From NCBI GenBank assembly GCA_964464905.1, contig CAYXHC010000002.1, positions 1 to 59,377 on the forward strand: 59,377 nt of DNA, in the 5' to 3' direction. Positions within the stretch are counted from its first letter, which is position 1; each line of letters opens with the position of its first letter. Of this stretch, positions 1 to 10,902 are shown in pieces. Under the pieces are notes generated by a model. It had not been told where the DNA came from and ran no database searches. It was given only the letters and a program-made list of their open reading frames with translations. Made by a program: the position numbers and the translations under genes. The stretch is from an uncultured Lachnospiraceae bacterium (GTDB taxonomy: Bacteria; Bacillota; Clostridia; Oscillospirales; CAG-272).

Positions 1-40
1 GAAGATCGCAATCCTGCTGATAGAAAATTCTGTTTGCCAT
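1..40 (-). CDS. ilvC: Ketol-acid reductoisomerase, N-terminal 13 codons only (gene continues off the window)
   Basis: The reverse strand reads ATG GCA AAC AGA ATT TTC TAT CAG CAG GAT TGC GAT CTT (MANRIFYQQDCDL), which resembles IlvC N-termini. An AGAGGT RBS lies upstream. It sits directly downstream of ilvN. Confidence 0.55.
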   Translation of the reverse strand, partial: MANRIFYQQDCDL

Positions 41-62
41 TTTTATTACCTCTTTTATAAGC

Positions 63-569
63 TTATAAATTGATTATTTGACGTATGGTCGTACTGCCTT
101 TTTCAAGGGATACACTACCCGTGCGGCAGATCTCAAGTATAGTAAAATCTCGCATCAGATTGATAAAATCATCGATCCTTCTTGTGGTATCGGCGAGGCG
201 AAACATGATGTGATCCCTGGAATAATCCACCGTGACAGCGCCGAACGCATCGGCTGCGTCGCGAATCTCTTCACGAAATTGGGGTTCGTTTTTCATTTTG
301 ATGAGCAACAATTCACAACTGACCGAATTTTCATCGCTAAATTCCTTGATAGAGCATACGTCCGGAAGTTTATATAGTTGGTTGATAAGCTGTTGCTTTG
401 CGGTTTCTTCGCCGTCGAAAACGACGGTGACGCGCGAAAAATCTTTCGTTTCCGTTTCACTTACGGTCAGAGCGCCGATATTAAACTGACGGCGTCGAAA
501 CATGCTGGTTACACGGTTGAGTACACCGAATTGGTTTTTTACCAACACGGCAACGGTATATCTGCTCAT
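63..569 (-). CDS. ilvN: Acetolactate synthase small (regulatory) subunit
   Basis: 168-aa ORF with an ACT-domain N-terminus (VLVKNQFGVLNRVTSMFRRRQFNI). It overlaps the ilvB stop by 4 nt. Confidence 0.92.
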   Translation of the reverse strand: MSRYTVAVLVKNQFGVLNRVTSMFRRRQFNIGALTVSETETKDFSRVTVVFDGEETAKQQLINQLYKLPDVCSIKEFSDENSVSCELLLIKMKNEPQFREEIRDAADAFGAVTVDYSRDHIMFRLADTTRRIDDFINLMRDFTILEICRTGSVSLEKGSTTIRQIINL

Positions 570-2239
570 ATATTCACCTCCAACTTCGTGATAATATCAT
601 CCATACTGCCACCCGGAGGAAGCATCGGGAGAACGAATTCGTCTTTGTCGATATGACAATCGACTATATAAGGTCCTTCGGCTTTGAACGCTCTTTTAAG
701 TGCCGTATCCAATTCCTCAAGCGTTGATACCGCTTCACCGTTGGCACCAAAAGCGCGAGCCATTGCAGCAAAATCGGTTTTGCGTTCCAATACGGAATTT
801 GAATAGTGCTTGTCGTAGAAAAGAGTTTGCCACTGACGAACCATACCGAGCACACCGTTGTTCATAATGATGACCACAACGGGAACGCTGTATCTTACGG
901 CGGTTGCAAGCTCGTTCAGATTCATTCCAAAGCTGCCGTCACCCGTGATCAGAACGCTGCGCTCACCTGTACCGTATGCCGCACCTATCGCGGCTCCGAG
1001 CCCAAATCCCATTGTACCGAGACCGCCGCTGGATGCAAACCGTCTTGCCGTCTTGAAATGAAGGTTTTGTGCGGCCCACATCTGATGCTGACCGACGTCG
1101 GTGCAAACCGCTGTGTTTTCGCCTAAATGCTTATTTAATGTCAGGATCGCTCCTCGGGGAGTCAATCCTTCGCGATTATCAAGATAACTTTCTTCATCCT
1201 TGCGGAATGCATCGACCTTTGCCATCCAATCGGGTTTCGTTCCTTCATTCAATAAAGGAAGAAGTTTTCGCAGGGTGAGCTTTACGTCACCGCGAAGACC
1301 GCATACGGAATTAACGGTCTTGTTAAGCTCCGAGCCGTCAACATCAATATGAACGATCTTGGCACCTACCGCAAATTTCGTGCGGTTACCTGTAACACGG
1401 TCGTTAAAACGAACTCCGAGAGAAATGATCACATCGGCATTGTGCATCGACATGGAGGAAGCGTAGTGTCCGTGCATTCCTTGCATACCTAAAAATCTCG
1501 GGTGATCGGAAGGTACAGCCGAAAGTCCCATAAGCGAGCAGCCGATCGGTGCGTCTATTTTTTCGGCAAGCGCTAACACCTCATCTTGCGCTTCCGCTGT
1601 GATCACACCGCCTCCAAAGTAGATAAAGGGGCGTTTTGCTGAATTGATGATGCTTGCCGCCTCGCTGATGCGCATGTCCTTTGCGGCGAAGAGCTCATCC
1701 TTTTCTGCGGGGGTACCTATTTCATATTCGAATTTTGCGATCTGAACGTCCTTCGGAACATCGATCAGTACCGGCCCCGGTCTGCCCGATCTGGCAAACT
1801 TGAACGCTTCACGGATGGTGTCAGCCAGATCAGCAACGTTGCTGACGAAGTAATTGTGCTTGGTGATAGGCAGGGTAACGCCCGTGATGTCAATCTCCTG
1901 AAAGCTGTCCGTGCCGATCTGTGTCGTTGGCACGTTGCCGCAGATAGCCACCATTGGTATCGAATCGAGATACGCCGTCGCGATACCCGTTACAAGGTTG
2001 GTGGCACCGGGCCCCGACGTGGAGATCACGACGCCAACCTTTCCGGTCGTTCTCGCATATCCGTCTGCGGCGTGTGCAGCACCTTGCTCGTGGGCTGTCA
2101 GAACGTGATTGATTTCATTTTGATATTTATAAAGGCTGTCGTATACGTTGAGGATCTGTCCGCCCGGATAGCCGAAGACGGTATCACAGCCCTGTTCGAT
2201 CAGGGTCTTAACTAAGATATCTGAGCCTGAAAGAAGCAT
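566..2239 (-). CDS. ilvB: Acetolactate synthase large subunit (ThDP-dependent)
   Basis: 557 aa with typical AHAS motifs (GYPGGQILNVYD, GGLGTMGFGLGAAIGA, ITGDGSFGMN). Confidence 0.95.
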   Translation of the reverse strand: MLLSGSDILVKTLIEQGCDTVFGYPGGQILNVYDSLYKYQNEINHVLTAHEQGAAHAADGYARTTGKVGVVISTSGPGATNLVTGIATAYLDSIPMVAICGNVPTTQIGTDSFQEIDITGVTLPITKHNYFVSNVADLADTIREAFKFARSGRPGPVLIDVPKDVQIAKFEYEIGTPAEKDELFAAKDMRISEAASIINSAKRPFIYFGGGVITAEAQDEVLALAEKIDAPIGCSLMGLSAVPSDHPRFLGMQGMHGHYASSMSMHNADVIISLGVRFNDRVTGNRTKFAVGAKIVHIDVDGSELNKTVNSVCGLRGDVKLTLRKLLPLLNEGTKPDWMAKVDAFRKDEESYLDNREGLTPRGAILTLNKHLGENTAVCTDVGQHQMWAAQNLHFKTARRFASSGGLGTMGFGLGAAIGAAYGTGERSVLITGDGSFGMNLNELATAVRYSVPVVVIIMNNGVLGMVRQWQTLFYDKHYSNSVLERKTDFAAMARAFGANGEAVSTLEELDTALKRAFKAEGPYIVDCHIDKDEFVLPMLPPGGSMDDIITKLEVNI

Positions 2240-2243
2240 TGTA

Positions 2244-3311
2244 TCACTCCTTTACTAAAAGTTTAAGGATCAGGTCGCCGCACTGTTTGCAGCCGACAAG
2301 AGTCATTCCCTCGCTCATAATGTCGGCGGTACGGTAGCCTGCATCGAGGTATGCGGAAACGGCGTTTTCGATGGCGTCTGCTTCCTTTTTCATATCAAAA
2401 CTGAAGCGAAGCATCATTGCCGCAGAGAGTATTGTTCCGATAGGATTTGCTTCGTCCTGCCCTGCGATATCGGGTGCAGAGCCGTGAATAGGCTCGTAAA
2501 GACCGCAGGTAGTTGCGCCAAGGCTGGAGGAAGGGATCATGCCGATAGAACCGGTGATCATAGACGCCTCGTCCGACAAAATATCGCCGAACATATTCTC
2601 GGTCACGATAACGTCAAACTGAGCGGGATTTTTCACGATCTGCATGGCGCAGTTATCGACCAGCATATCAGAAAGCTCCACGTCGGGGTATTCCTCAGCC
2701 AAACGATGCATAACCTTCTTCCACAAACGGCTTGAATCAAGCACGTTGCTTTTTTCAACAGAGCAAAGCTTTTTGTTTCTCTTTTGAGCCGTTTCAAACC
2801 CTATTCTGCCAATGCGCTCTATCTCCGCTTCGCTGTATTTTAGTACGTCGATCGCCGTGTCTCCCTCGGTCTTGTGCTCGCCGAAGTAAATGCCGCCGAT
2901 CAGTTCGCGGACGATGATAAAATCAATGCCTTGTTTAACGATGGACTTCTTTAACGGAGACGCATCGGAAAGCTGCGGCCATATTTTCGCAGGGCGGTTG
3001 TTGGAGTATACGCCCATGCCTTCTCTGAGTCTCAGAAGTCCCTTTTCAGGGCGCATATTGCCCGGAACATCATTCCACTTATTTCCGCCAACCGCACCGA
3101 GAAGTACGCTGTCTGAATCGAGACATTTATTAAGCTCACCTGCCGGAAGAGGATCGCCGTGCTTATCAATAGCGCAGCCTCCCATATCCACGTCGGTATA
3201 GTTGAACGTATGTCCGTAAAGCTCGGCTACGCGGTCAAGCACCTTCAACGCTTCGTTTACGATCTCGGGGCCGATACCGTCGCCACGGATCACAGCTATG
3301 TTTTTAACCAT
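2244..3311 (-). CDS. leuB: 3-isopropylmalate dehydrogenase
   Basis: 355 aa with N-terminal [13 protein letters not shown] and the [17 protein letters not shown] motif. Confidence 0.95.
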   Translation of the reverse strand: MVKNIAVIRGDGIGPEIVNEALKVLDRVAELYGHTFNYTDVDMGGCAIDKHGDPLPAGELNKCLDSDSVLLGAVGGNKWNDVPGNMRPEKGLLRLREGMGVYSNNRPAKIWPQLSDASPLKKSIVKQGIDFIIVRELIGGIYFGEHKTEGDTAIDVLKYSEAEIERIGRIGFETAQKRNKKLCSVEKSNVLDSSRLWKKVMHRLAEEYPDVELSDMLVDNCAMQIVKNPAQFDVIVTENMFGDILSDEASMITGSIGMIPSSSLGATTCGLYEPIHGSAPDIAGQDEANPIGTILSAAMMLRFSFDMKKEADAIENAVSAYLDAGYRTADIMSEGMTLVGCKQCGDLILKLLVKE

Positions 3312-3801
3312 TGTTTTCGCCTTCTTTCAAGGATTTTAAGAGTCCGCCGCTTTTGATGATATTCTGTATGAACGGCGGGAAGGGCTGTGCCTTATAGTTC
3401 TTGCCGGTGGTAATATCGGTAATGATACCGGTATCAAAATCTACCTTCACTTCGTCGTTTGCATTGATCTCTTCCGCCGCTTCTTCGCACTCGAGAATGG
3501 GCAGACCTATATTGATGGCGTTGCGGTAGAAAATTCTTGCAAAGCTTTTTGCAATCACACAACCCGTTCCGCAGGTCTTAATAACGAGCGGCGCGTGTTC
3601 GCGGGAAGAACCGCAGCCGAAATTCCAGCCGGCAATCATCACGTCGCCCGTCTTTACGGTTTTAACGAACTCCGTATCGATATCTTCCATACAGTGCAGT
3701 GCAAGCTCCTTCGCATCAGGCGTGTTCAGATAACGGGCAGGGATGATAACATCAGTGTCCACGTTGTCGGGGTATTTGAAAGCTTTTCCTTGTGTATTCA
3801 T
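3304..3801 (-). CDS. leuD: 3-isopropylmalate dehydratase small subunit
   Basis: The conserved sequence begins at [25 protein letters not shown]. The ORF-track start at 3885 lies inside leuC, so the ATG at 3801 was chosen. Confidence 0.9.
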   Translation of the reverse strand: MNTQGKAFKYPDNVDTDVIIPARYLNTPDAKELALHCMEDIDTEFVKTVKTGDVMIAGWNFGCGSSREHAPLVIKTCGTGCVIAKSFARIFYRNAINIGLPILECEEAAEEINANDEVKVDFDTGIITDITTGKNYKAQPFPPFIQNIIKSGGLLKSLKEGENNG

Positions 3802-3805
3802 TTGA

Positions 3806-5065
3806 TTACGTCTCCTTATATTCGGTAATGTAACCGGTAAGCGCACTTGCGGCGGCGGTGTGTGGGGAAGCGAGATACACTTCACTGTCTACGTGTCCCA
3901 TACGTCCGACAAAGTTGCGGTTGGTAGTTGCAATACATTTTTCGCCTGCGGCGAGAATTCCCATATATCCGCCAAGACAAGGTCCGCAGGTTGGCGTAGA
4001 AACCACCGCGCCTGCATCGATAAACGCCGTGTACCATCCGCGCTCTACGCATTCTCTTAAGATCTGCATCGTGCCGGGAATAATGATCACTCGGATCCCT
4101 TCGGCTACTTTTTTACCTTTCAGAATATTGTAGGCGGCTTCCATATCCTCCATCCTTCCGTTAGTGCAGGAACCGATGACGACCTGATCGACTTTTACGT
4201 GATAAAGCTCGCTTGCGGGATGAGTGTTTTCGGGAAGATGGGGGCAAGCAACGGTAGGTACGATAGCTGAAAGATCAATATCAATAACTTTTTCATACTC
4301 TGCGTCGGCATCTGCTTTGTAAATAACGGGCGGTCTTTCGCTTCTGCCGTCGAGATAATCCAGCGTTGCATCGTCAACGGGGAAAATGCCGTTTTTAGCT
4401 CCCGCTTCGATCGCCATATTGCAAATGCAAAGACGGTCGTCCATAGAAAGTCCGTGAGCGCCGTCGCCAACGAATTCCATACTTTTGTAAAGAGCGCCAT
4501 CCACGCCGATCATACCGATGATGGTGAGGATCACGTCCTTGCCGCTGCAGTTTGACGGCAACTTTCCGGTTAAGTTAAATTTAATGGCAGAAGGAACTTT
4601 GAACCAAGCCATACCTGTTGCCATGCCTGCAGCCATATCTGTGGAACCTACACCGGTTGAGAAGGCTCCGAGCGCACCATACGTGCAGGTGTGGCTGTCA
4701 GCACCGATGATGCAGTCTCCCGCAGTCACAACGCCCTGCTCGGGAAGCAAAGCGTGCTCGATGCCCATCTTGCCAACGTCGTAAAAGTGACTTACACAGT
4801 GCGTGCAAGCAAATTCGCGGCAGGTTTTCGACTGCTCGGCAGCTTTAATGTCTTTGTTTGGAACAAAGTGGTCAAGCACGATGGCGACCTTGTCTTTGTC
4901 AAATACGGAATTGAATCCGGCTTTCTTAAATTCATTCACCGCAACCGGTGTCGTAATATCGTTGCCGAGTACGATATCCAGCTTTGCGCTGATAAGTTGA
5001 CCGGCAACCACCTTGTCAAGTCCGGCGTGGGCAGCAAGGATTTTTTGAGTCATAGTCATTCCCAT
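3806..5065 (-). CDS. leuC: 3-isopropylmalate dehydratase large subunit (aconitase family)
   Basis: 419 aa with Fe-S ligand regions ([28 protein letters not shown]). Confidence 0.95.
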   Translation of the reverse strand: MGMTMTQKILAAHAGLDKVVAGQLISAKLDIVLGNDITTPVAVNEFKKAGFNSVFDKDKVAIVLDHFVPNKDIKAAEQSKTCREFACTHCVSHFYDVGKMGIEHALLPEQGVVTAGDCIIGADSHTCTYGALGAFSTGVGSTDMAAGMATGMAWFKVPSAIKFNLTGKLPSNCSGKDVILTIIGMIGVDGALYKSMEFVGDGAHGLSMDDRLCICNMAIEAGAKNGIFPVDDATLDYLDGRSERPPVIYKADADAEYEKVIDIDLSAIVPTVACPHLPENTHPASELYHVKVDQVVIGSCTNGRMEDMEAAYNILKGKKVAEGIRVIIIPGTMQILRECVERGWYTAFIDAGAVVSTPTCGPCLGGYMGILAAGEKCIATTNRNFVGRMGHVDSEVYLASPHTAAASALTGYITEYKET

Positions 5066-5075
5066 TTTATTTACC

Positions 5076-6740
5076 TCACTTGGTCATATTACAGAATGCA
5101 CTTAAGAGTGCTTTTGTACTTGCAGTAATCACGTCCGTATCGGTTCCGGCGCCCCAATACATCGTACCGTCCTCGCGTTCCAGACCGATATAGGAGGCGG
5201 CAACGCTATGAGAGCCCTCGCCCTGCATACTGTGCTGAGTGAACACCTGAAGGGTGTATTCTTCGCCGGTAAACGAGCAAAGAGCGTTGTTGACGGCGCT
5301 GAGCGTTCCGTTGCCTTCCGCTTCAAGCTCGGTCTCATCATCGCCGCGCTTGAAAGTAATGTTGATCTTGACCGTATCGTTTTCGCGCATAAAGTCAAAG
5401 TCCGTTACTGAAATGCCGCAGTCGAGATTCAGATAATGCTCGGTAAAGATAGAAAGCACTTCATCGGGCTTGAGCTCCTTGTGCTCGCGATCGGAAATAT
5501 CCTTGCACATATAACTGAAATGCTCGCGCATCTTAGGTGGCAGATTATAGCCAAAGGCTTGTTCGAGCAGATATCCGATACCGCCCTTGCCGGATTGCGA
5601 GTTCACACGGATCACATCGGCGTCGTAGGTTCTGCCGATATCCTTGGGATCGATCGGTATATACGGCACGTTCCATTCGTGCAGCTTGTTTTTTGCCCTG
5701 TATTTCATGCCCTTGGCAATAGCATCCTGATGGGAGCCTGAGAAGGCGGCAAACACAAGTGCGCCGGCATAGGGCGCTCGCTCATATACGTGCATGCGGG
5801 TGCAACGCTCGTAGGTTTCCACAAGCTCGTTCATATGCGAAAGATCCAGCTTCGGATCCACACCGTGGGAGTACATATTCATAGCAAGCGTGATAATATC
5901 TACGTTGCCGGTACGTTCGCCGTTGCCAAATAAGGTACCTTCCACACGGTCAGCACCTGCCAGAAGTGCGAGTTCCGTATCGGCAACGCCCGTTCCTCTG
6001 TCGTTGTGCGGATGAAGGGAGAGGGTTACGAACTCGCGGTATTTAAGATTTTCGCTCATATACTCAACCTGAGATGCGTACACGTGGGGTAAGCTCATTT
6101 CCACCGTTACCGGAAGATTGATGATGACGTTGTTGTGTGCGCTTGGCTCCAGTACGTCAAGCACGGCGTTGCAGACCTCGAGAGCGTATTCAGGCTCGGT
6201 TCCCGTGAAGGATTCGGGCGAATATTCAAAGCGGAAGTTACCTTCATATTCGCTTGCCAGCTTTTTGACGAGCTTTGCACCGTCTATGGCGATCTGCTTG
6301 ATCTCTTCTTTTGATTTCTTAAAAACCTGCTCGCGCTGTGCCACACTTACGGAATTGTAAAAATGAATAATTGCACTCGGTGCGCCTTTGCAGGCGTCAA
6401 AGGTTTTACGGATGATATGCTCACGGCACTGTGTTAGCACCTGCACCGTCACGTCATCCGGAATCATATCGTTGTCGATCAGAGTGCGTAAAAACTCATA
6501 TTCCGTTTCGCTTGCAGCAGGAAAACCAACCTCGATCTCCTTGAAGCCAACTTTCAGAAGTGTTTGATAATACTCTAATTTTTCTTCCAGACTCATAGGT
6601 ATTACAAGGCTTTGATTACCGTCCCGCATATCCACACTGCACCAAACGGGCGGTTTTTCAACGAGGTCTTTTTCTACCCATTTATTATATCTTTTATCGA
6701 CGGGGAAATATCCCACTCGGTATTTACTAGAGTCCATCAT
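5076..6740 (-). CDS. leuA: 2-isopropylmalate synthase (long form)
   Basis: 554 aa with [13 protein letters not shown] and [12 protein letters not shown] motifs and a C-terminal LeuA dimerisation/regulatory region. Confidence 0.93.
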   Translation of the reverse strand: MMDSSKYRVGYFPVDKRYNKWVEKDLVEKPPVWCSVDMRDGNQSLVIPMSLEEKLEYYQTLLKVGFKEIEVGFPAASETEYEFLRTLIDNDMIPDDVTVQVLTQCREHIIRKTFDACKGAPSAIIHFYNSVSVAQREQVFKKSKEEIKQIAIDGAKLVKKLASEYEGNFRFEYSPESFTGTEPEYALEVCNAVLDVLEPSAHNNVIINLPVTVEMSLPHVYASQVEYMSENLKYREFVTLSLHPHNDRGTGVADTELALLAGADRVEGTLFGNGERTGNVDIITLAMNMYSHGVDPKLDLSHMNELVETYERCTRMHVYERAPYAGALVFAAFSGSHQDAIAKGMKYRAKNKLHEWNVPYIPIDPKDIGRTYDADVIRVNSQSGKGGIGYLLEQAFGYNLPPKMREHFSYMCKDISDREHKELKPDEVLSIFTEHYLNLDCGISVTDFDFMRENDTVKINITFKRGDDETELEAEGNGTLSAVNNALCSFTGEEYTLQVFTQHSMQGEGSHSVAASYIGLEREDGTMYWGAGTDTDVITASTKALLSAFCNMTK

Positions 6741-6753
6741 ATTTTTATCTCCT

Positions 6754-7944
6754 TTATACTAATTTGAATCCTTCGTCACGGAGCGTCTTCGTGATCAGAT
6801 TAACGTGTTCAAAATCTCTCGTTTCCATTTCAATGCGGAGGAAACAACCGTTTACGCTCTCCGTGTTGCCTTTTTCGTAGTGAACGCCGGTAACGTTGCC
6901 GCCACAGTCGGCTATGATACGGGAAATATCCTTTAACTGTCCGGGCTTGTCGATAAGCTCGATCAGAAGGCTGGTAGAACGACCCGATTTCAAAAGTCCT
7001 CGGTCAATTACACGGGAGAGACTCGTGACATCTATGTTACCTCCGGATACGACGGCAACGACGCGCTTGTTTTTAAGATCGAACTTGTTGAACATTACTG
7101 CCGCCACGGCAGCAGCTCCTGCGCCTTCGGCAATCATTTTTTGTTTTTCGATAAGAGCGAGAATAGCAGAAGAAACCTCATCGTCGTTAACGAGAGCGAT
7201 CTCGTCAACGTACTCGTTGACATAACGGAAAGTGTTTTCACCGGGACGTTTTACCGCAATGCCGTCTGCAATGGTGGAAACGGACGAAAGACATTCGATC
7301 TCGCCATCCTTTACCGAATTATACATACTGGGGGCGCCTGCGACCTGAACACCGTACACTTTGACGGAAGGCCTTATTTGCTTTGCGGTATAAGCGATAC
7401 CCGAAATGAGACCGCCGCCGCCGACGGGAACGACGATGGCGTCGATATTATCAAGATCGCTCAGGATCTCAAGCGCGATCGTGCCTTGACCTGCGATCAC
7501 GTTCTCGTCGTCAAACGGATGTACGAACGTGTAGCCTTTGCTTTCTTTCAACTCCAGTGCTTTTTGGTAAGCGTCATCGTAGCAGCCTTCCACCAAACAC
7601 ACCTCAGCGCCAAATCCTTTTGTGGCTTCAACCTTTGAAATAGGAGCCGTATCGGGAAGGCAGATCAAAGACCTGATTCCATTCTTGGTTGCCGCAAGGG
7701 CAACCCCTTGTGCGTGATTGCCTGCTGAACAAGCAATAACGCCTTTTTTCTTTTCTTCTTCGCTAAGGCACGCGATCTTGTAAGCAGAGCCTCTGACCTT
7801 GAAAGAACCTGTGATCTGCAGGTTTTCGGGTTTTAGATATAGTTCGCAGTCATCCGCTATGCCGTAAGTCTTGACTACGCTCGTTTCGCGAATAATGTTT
7901 TTCAGCACCGCCTGAGCACTGAATACTTTGTCGAGAGTCAACAT
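6754..7944 (-). CDS. ilvA: Threonine ammonia-lyase (threonine dehydratase)
   Basis: 396 aa with the PLP motif LQITGSFKVRGS, GGGGLISG, and a C-terminal ACT-like domain. Confidence 0.9.
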   Translation of the reverse strand: MLTLDKVFSAQAVLKNIIRETSVVKTYGIADDCELYLKPENLQITGSFKVRGSAYKIACLSEEEKKKGVIACSAGNHAQGVALAATKNGIRSLICLPDTAPISKVEATKGFGAEVCLVEGCYDDAYQKALELKESKGYTFVHPFDDENVIAGQGTIALEILSDLDNIDAIVVPVGGGGLISGIAYTAKQIRPSVKVYGVQVAGAPSMYNSVKDGEIECLSSVSTIADGIAVKRPGENTFRYVNEYVDEIALVNDDEVSSAILALIEKQKMIAEGAGAAAVAAVMFNKFDLKNKRVVAVVSGGNIDVTSLSRVIDRGLLKSGRSTSLLIELIDKPGQLKDISRIIADCGGNVTGVHYEKGNTESVNGCFLRIEMETRDFEHVNLITKTLRDEGFKLV

Positions 7945-7989
7945 TTCTTTGCCTTTCTTTTGTGTATGCCTTTCTGATCAAGCTTTAAG

Positions 7990-8425
7990 GAAAATAAAAA
8001 ACCGCCTCAAAGCTTTGTTGCTTTGAGACGGGTGTTAATAACTTTAGCACTCGCGGTACCACTCAAATTGCGGATACATGATCCGCCACCTCTTCGAAGT
8101 CAGATAACTTCTATGCACTCACGTAGCATACACGGGAAACGCCTACTGGGTGATCGTCCTTTGGGGCTTCCGGCTCAGAAGGGATGGGAAGTCTGCAGTT
8201 CTTTGCCGGGATCGCACCATCCCCGGCTCTCTGAGAAATTCGTTGCAGGTTCCGTCTTCATCGACGCCTTTGTTTTGATCGAAGTCAAACAACCTCTATG
8301 CACTGACGCAGCATACGCGGGATTCCCTACACACTTGCGCTTCAGGCACCCGGCTCGGAAGTGAGAGGAAAAGGATAATAAACACGCTGATTCGCACCAG
8401 ACATCAGCTCTCTGTGCTGTTTTTC
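7990..8425 (-). promoter_or_regulatory. T-box riboswitch leader of the ilvA-leu-ilv operon, with duplicated stem-I-like modules
   Basis: The reverse strand carries the T-box core AATTTGAGTGGTACCGCGAG (complement of 8050-8069). It also carries a terminator stem, 8002-8013 paired with 8020-8031, followed by a U-run. AGAGAG...TGGTGCGA motifs occur twice. Confidence 0.8.
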
Positions 8426-8679
8426 TCGATGACCATTCTTCGTCACAGCCTTTGATAATATTAAATTTGTATTATATTTTACTCCATCAATATGAGGATG
8501 TCAAGAGATTTGTGAGGATTGACAGCACGAATCTTATCGAAGCTCACTATCGAAAATTTCGATGGTGGCCGAGGAGTGAAGATCGGGAGCTTACGCACGC
8601 AGCGATTCACATCTTTATCGTCAAGGCAACGATCTGCGGAGGAGGCAACGATATCGGCGGCCTAATCGTGTGAGCCACA

Positions 8680-8718
8680 AATAAAATAGAAGGACGGATA
8701 GCCGAAGCTGTCCGTCCT
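8680..8718 (-). terminator. Intrinsic terminator of the BMP-type ABC operon
   Basis: Hairpin AGGACGGA(12-nt loop)TCCGTCCT, followed on the minus strand by TTCTATTTTATTT. Confidence 0.7.
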
Positions 8719-8782
8719 TCTGTCAAGACGAAGTCTTACGCTGAAGATCCTTGTGGGAAACAGCGTAATAATGGGAGGATCC

Positions 8783-9775
8783 TTAGCGCTCCTCGCGGAA
8801 ATAGGAAAGTCCCAGACTCTGAGGAGGCTGATGCTCACGCTTCTTGCGGGAGCTGGTGACGACCAGTACCACGATAGTAACGATGTAGGGAAGCATCTTG
8901 ATAAGCTCCTTAACGCTGCCCGAAAGACCGGGAATCTTAACGTTCGCGATGTAAAGACCGCCGAAAACGTAGGAGCTGAAGATCGCTGAGCCGGGCTTCC
9001 ACAGCGCGAAGATAACGATGGCGATTGCGAGCCAGCCGCGGTCACCGAAGCCGTTGTTCGTCCAAGCACCGGTGGTGTAGTCCATAACGAAGTAGAGTCC
9101 GCCGAGTCCCGCAACGGCACCGCCGATGCAGGTTGCAAGATACTTATAACGGGTAACATTGATGCCGGCGGCATCGGCAGTTGCGGGATTTTCGCCAACG
9201 GCGCGGAGGTTGAGACCTACGCGCGTGTGCTTGAGGAACCACTGTGCCAGAATGGCAATGATAACTGCAACGTATACCAAGAATCCGAAGGAGAAGAAGG
9301 TCTCGCCGATGATGCCGAGACGGTCGGAGAGGAAGGGGATCTTGGTCTTGTATGCGTTACCCGTTGTGAGAAGGGAAATGGAACCGCTTTCGCCGAAGAA
9401 TTTGAGAAGAGAGCCGCCGTAGAAGTTACCGAGGCCAACTCCTAAGGTGGTGAGCGCAAGACCGACAACGTTCTGATTTGCCTTCAGGGTGATGGTGAGA
9501 AAGCAGTAAATGAGAGCGATGAAGGACGAGCCCAGGATAGAGGCGAGAAGGGAAATGATAACGCAGAGGATCGGCACGGGAGTCACGGTGAAATGCTCGT
9601 AAAGATAGCCGCCAATGATGCCGGAGATACCTCCGATATACATGATGCCGGGAATACCGAGATTGAGGTTTCCGCTTTTTTCGGTGATGATCTCACCGGT
9701 GGAGCCAAAGAGAAGGGGCGTGCCCTGCTCGATCGCGGCGAAGATAAACTCCATTAATGTTTCAAAAATTCCCAT
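8783..9775 (-). CDS. ABC transporter permease (BMP/nucleoside-type, NupQ/RnsD-like)
   Basis: 330-aa polytopic membrane protein, last gene of an operon ordered SBP, double ATPase, two permeases. Confidence 0.85.
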   Translation of the reverse strand: MGIFETLMEFIFAAIEQGTPLLFGSTGEIITEKSGNLNLGIPGIMYIGGISGIIGGYLYEHFTVTPVPILCVIISLLASILGSSFIALIYCFLTITLKANQNVVGLALTTLGVGLGNFYGGSLLKFFGESGSISLLTTGNAYKTKIPFLSDRLGIIGETFFSFGFLVYVAVIIAILAQWFLKHTRVGLNLRAVGENPATADAAGINVTRYKYLATCIGGAVAGLGGLYFVMDYTTGAWTNNGFGDRGWLAIAIVIFALWKPGSAIFSSYVFGGLYIANVKIPGLSGSVKELIKMLPYIVTIVVLVVTSSRKKREHQPPQSLGLSYFREER

Positions 9776-10902
9776 TATTCAGCGACCTCCTTTCTTTCTT
9801 TGTGGCGCATATGGATCTTATAGGTGGCGAAAAACTCGCTTGAGATTATGAAAAGGATCATTATACCGGTGATGACCTCACCCACGCTTGTGTTCAGTCG
9901 GAGATCGGATGCGATCTGACCTGCGCCCTTCTGAAGAAAGCAGACGAGAAGGGAGGAGAAGATCATGGCAACGGGATTGAACTTGGACATCCAGGATACC
10001 ATGATAGCGGTGAATCCGTTGCCGCCGACAGCGTTAGCCGTGATGGAGTGGTTTGCGCCTGCCGCAAGTACCCAACCCATAATGCCGCAAAGGGCACCGG
10101 AAATGATAACGGTACGGACGATGACCTTTTTAACGTTGATGCCGATGTAGCGTGCTGTGTTTTCACTTTCGCCGACGACTGCGATCTCGTAGCCCTGCTT
10201 GCTCTTTTTGAGGTAGATGTGAACGACGACGGTGAGGACCGCAACTATGAGAATGTTGATGAGATACTTCTGACCGAGTACCGTGGGGAACCAGCCGCTC
10301 TGGGTATCGTCGTTTACAACGCCGAGAACCATGGATCCGCTGGGAACCCACAGCATGATGAAAAATGATACTATCTGCATAGCAACGTAGTTCATCATAA
10401 GCGTGAAGAGGGTCTCGTTCGTGTTCCAGATAGCCTTGAAGATGCCGGGGATGCCTGCCCACACGGAGCCTGCGACGATACTGCAAACGAGCATTATGAG
10501 AAGGAGCACGGGAGAGGGGAGCTTGTCTCCGAGATAAAACATACAAGCAACGCTTGCGAGCATTCCGATCAGGACCTGACCTTCAGCGCCCGTGTTCCAG
10601 AAACGCATCTTGAAGGCAGGGGTAACGGCAAGGGAGATGCCGAGAAGGATAGCGGAGGACTGAAGCAGATTCCATACCTTTCTCATCGTGCCGAAGCTTC
10701 CGTCTATCATGGACGCAAATACTTTCAACGGATTTTCGCCTGTGAGAAGGATAGTCACGAGAGCACAGAAGAGAACGCCGACGCCGATAACGGCAGCTTT
10801 GATAAGAAACATCTGCTTCGGGGAGGTCTCCGTGCGCTTCGTTATATAGAAAAGAGGCTCGTGATGGACTTTTTCCGTTTTGTTGATATTAATTTCCTGC
10901 AT
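9775..10902 (-). CDS. ABC transporter permease (BMP/nucleoside-type, NupP/RnsC-like)
   Basis: 375-aa polytopic membrane protein. It overlaps both neighbouring genes. Confidence 0.85.
   Translation of the reverse strand: MQEININKTEKVHHEPLFYITKRTETSPKQMFLIKAAVIGVGVLFCALVTILLTGENPLKVFASMIDGSFGTMRKVWNLLQSSAILLGISLAVTPAFKMRFWNTGAEGQVLIGMLASVACMFYLGDKLPSPVLLLIMLVCSIVAGSVWAGIPGIFKAIWNTNETLFTLMMNYVAMQIVSFFIMLWVPSGSMVLGVVNDDTQSGWFPTVLGQKYLINILIVAVLTVVVHIYLKKSKQGYEIAVVGESENTARYIGINVKKVIVRTVIISGALCGIMGWVLAAGANHSITANAVGGNGFTAIMVSWMSKFNPVAMIFSSLLVCFLQKGAGQIASDLRLNTSVGEVITGIMILFIISSEFFATYKIHMRHKERKEVAE

Noticed and set aside
8023-8364. 113-aa plus-strand ORF between ilvA and the ABC operon.
   Set aside because: It lies wholly inside the T-box leader on the opposite strand. 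The region is better explained as structured RNA.
8452-8673. 73-aa plus-strand ORF in the spacer upstream of the T-box leader.
   Set aside because: It has no RBS and no recognisable features, and it sits where the ilv promoter and the ABC-operon terminator are expected.
8662-9198. 178-aa minus-strand ORF overlapping the permease gene in another frame.
   Set aside because: The sequence is Pro/Ser/Arg-rich and non-protein-like. The in-frame permease (8783-9775) explains the region.
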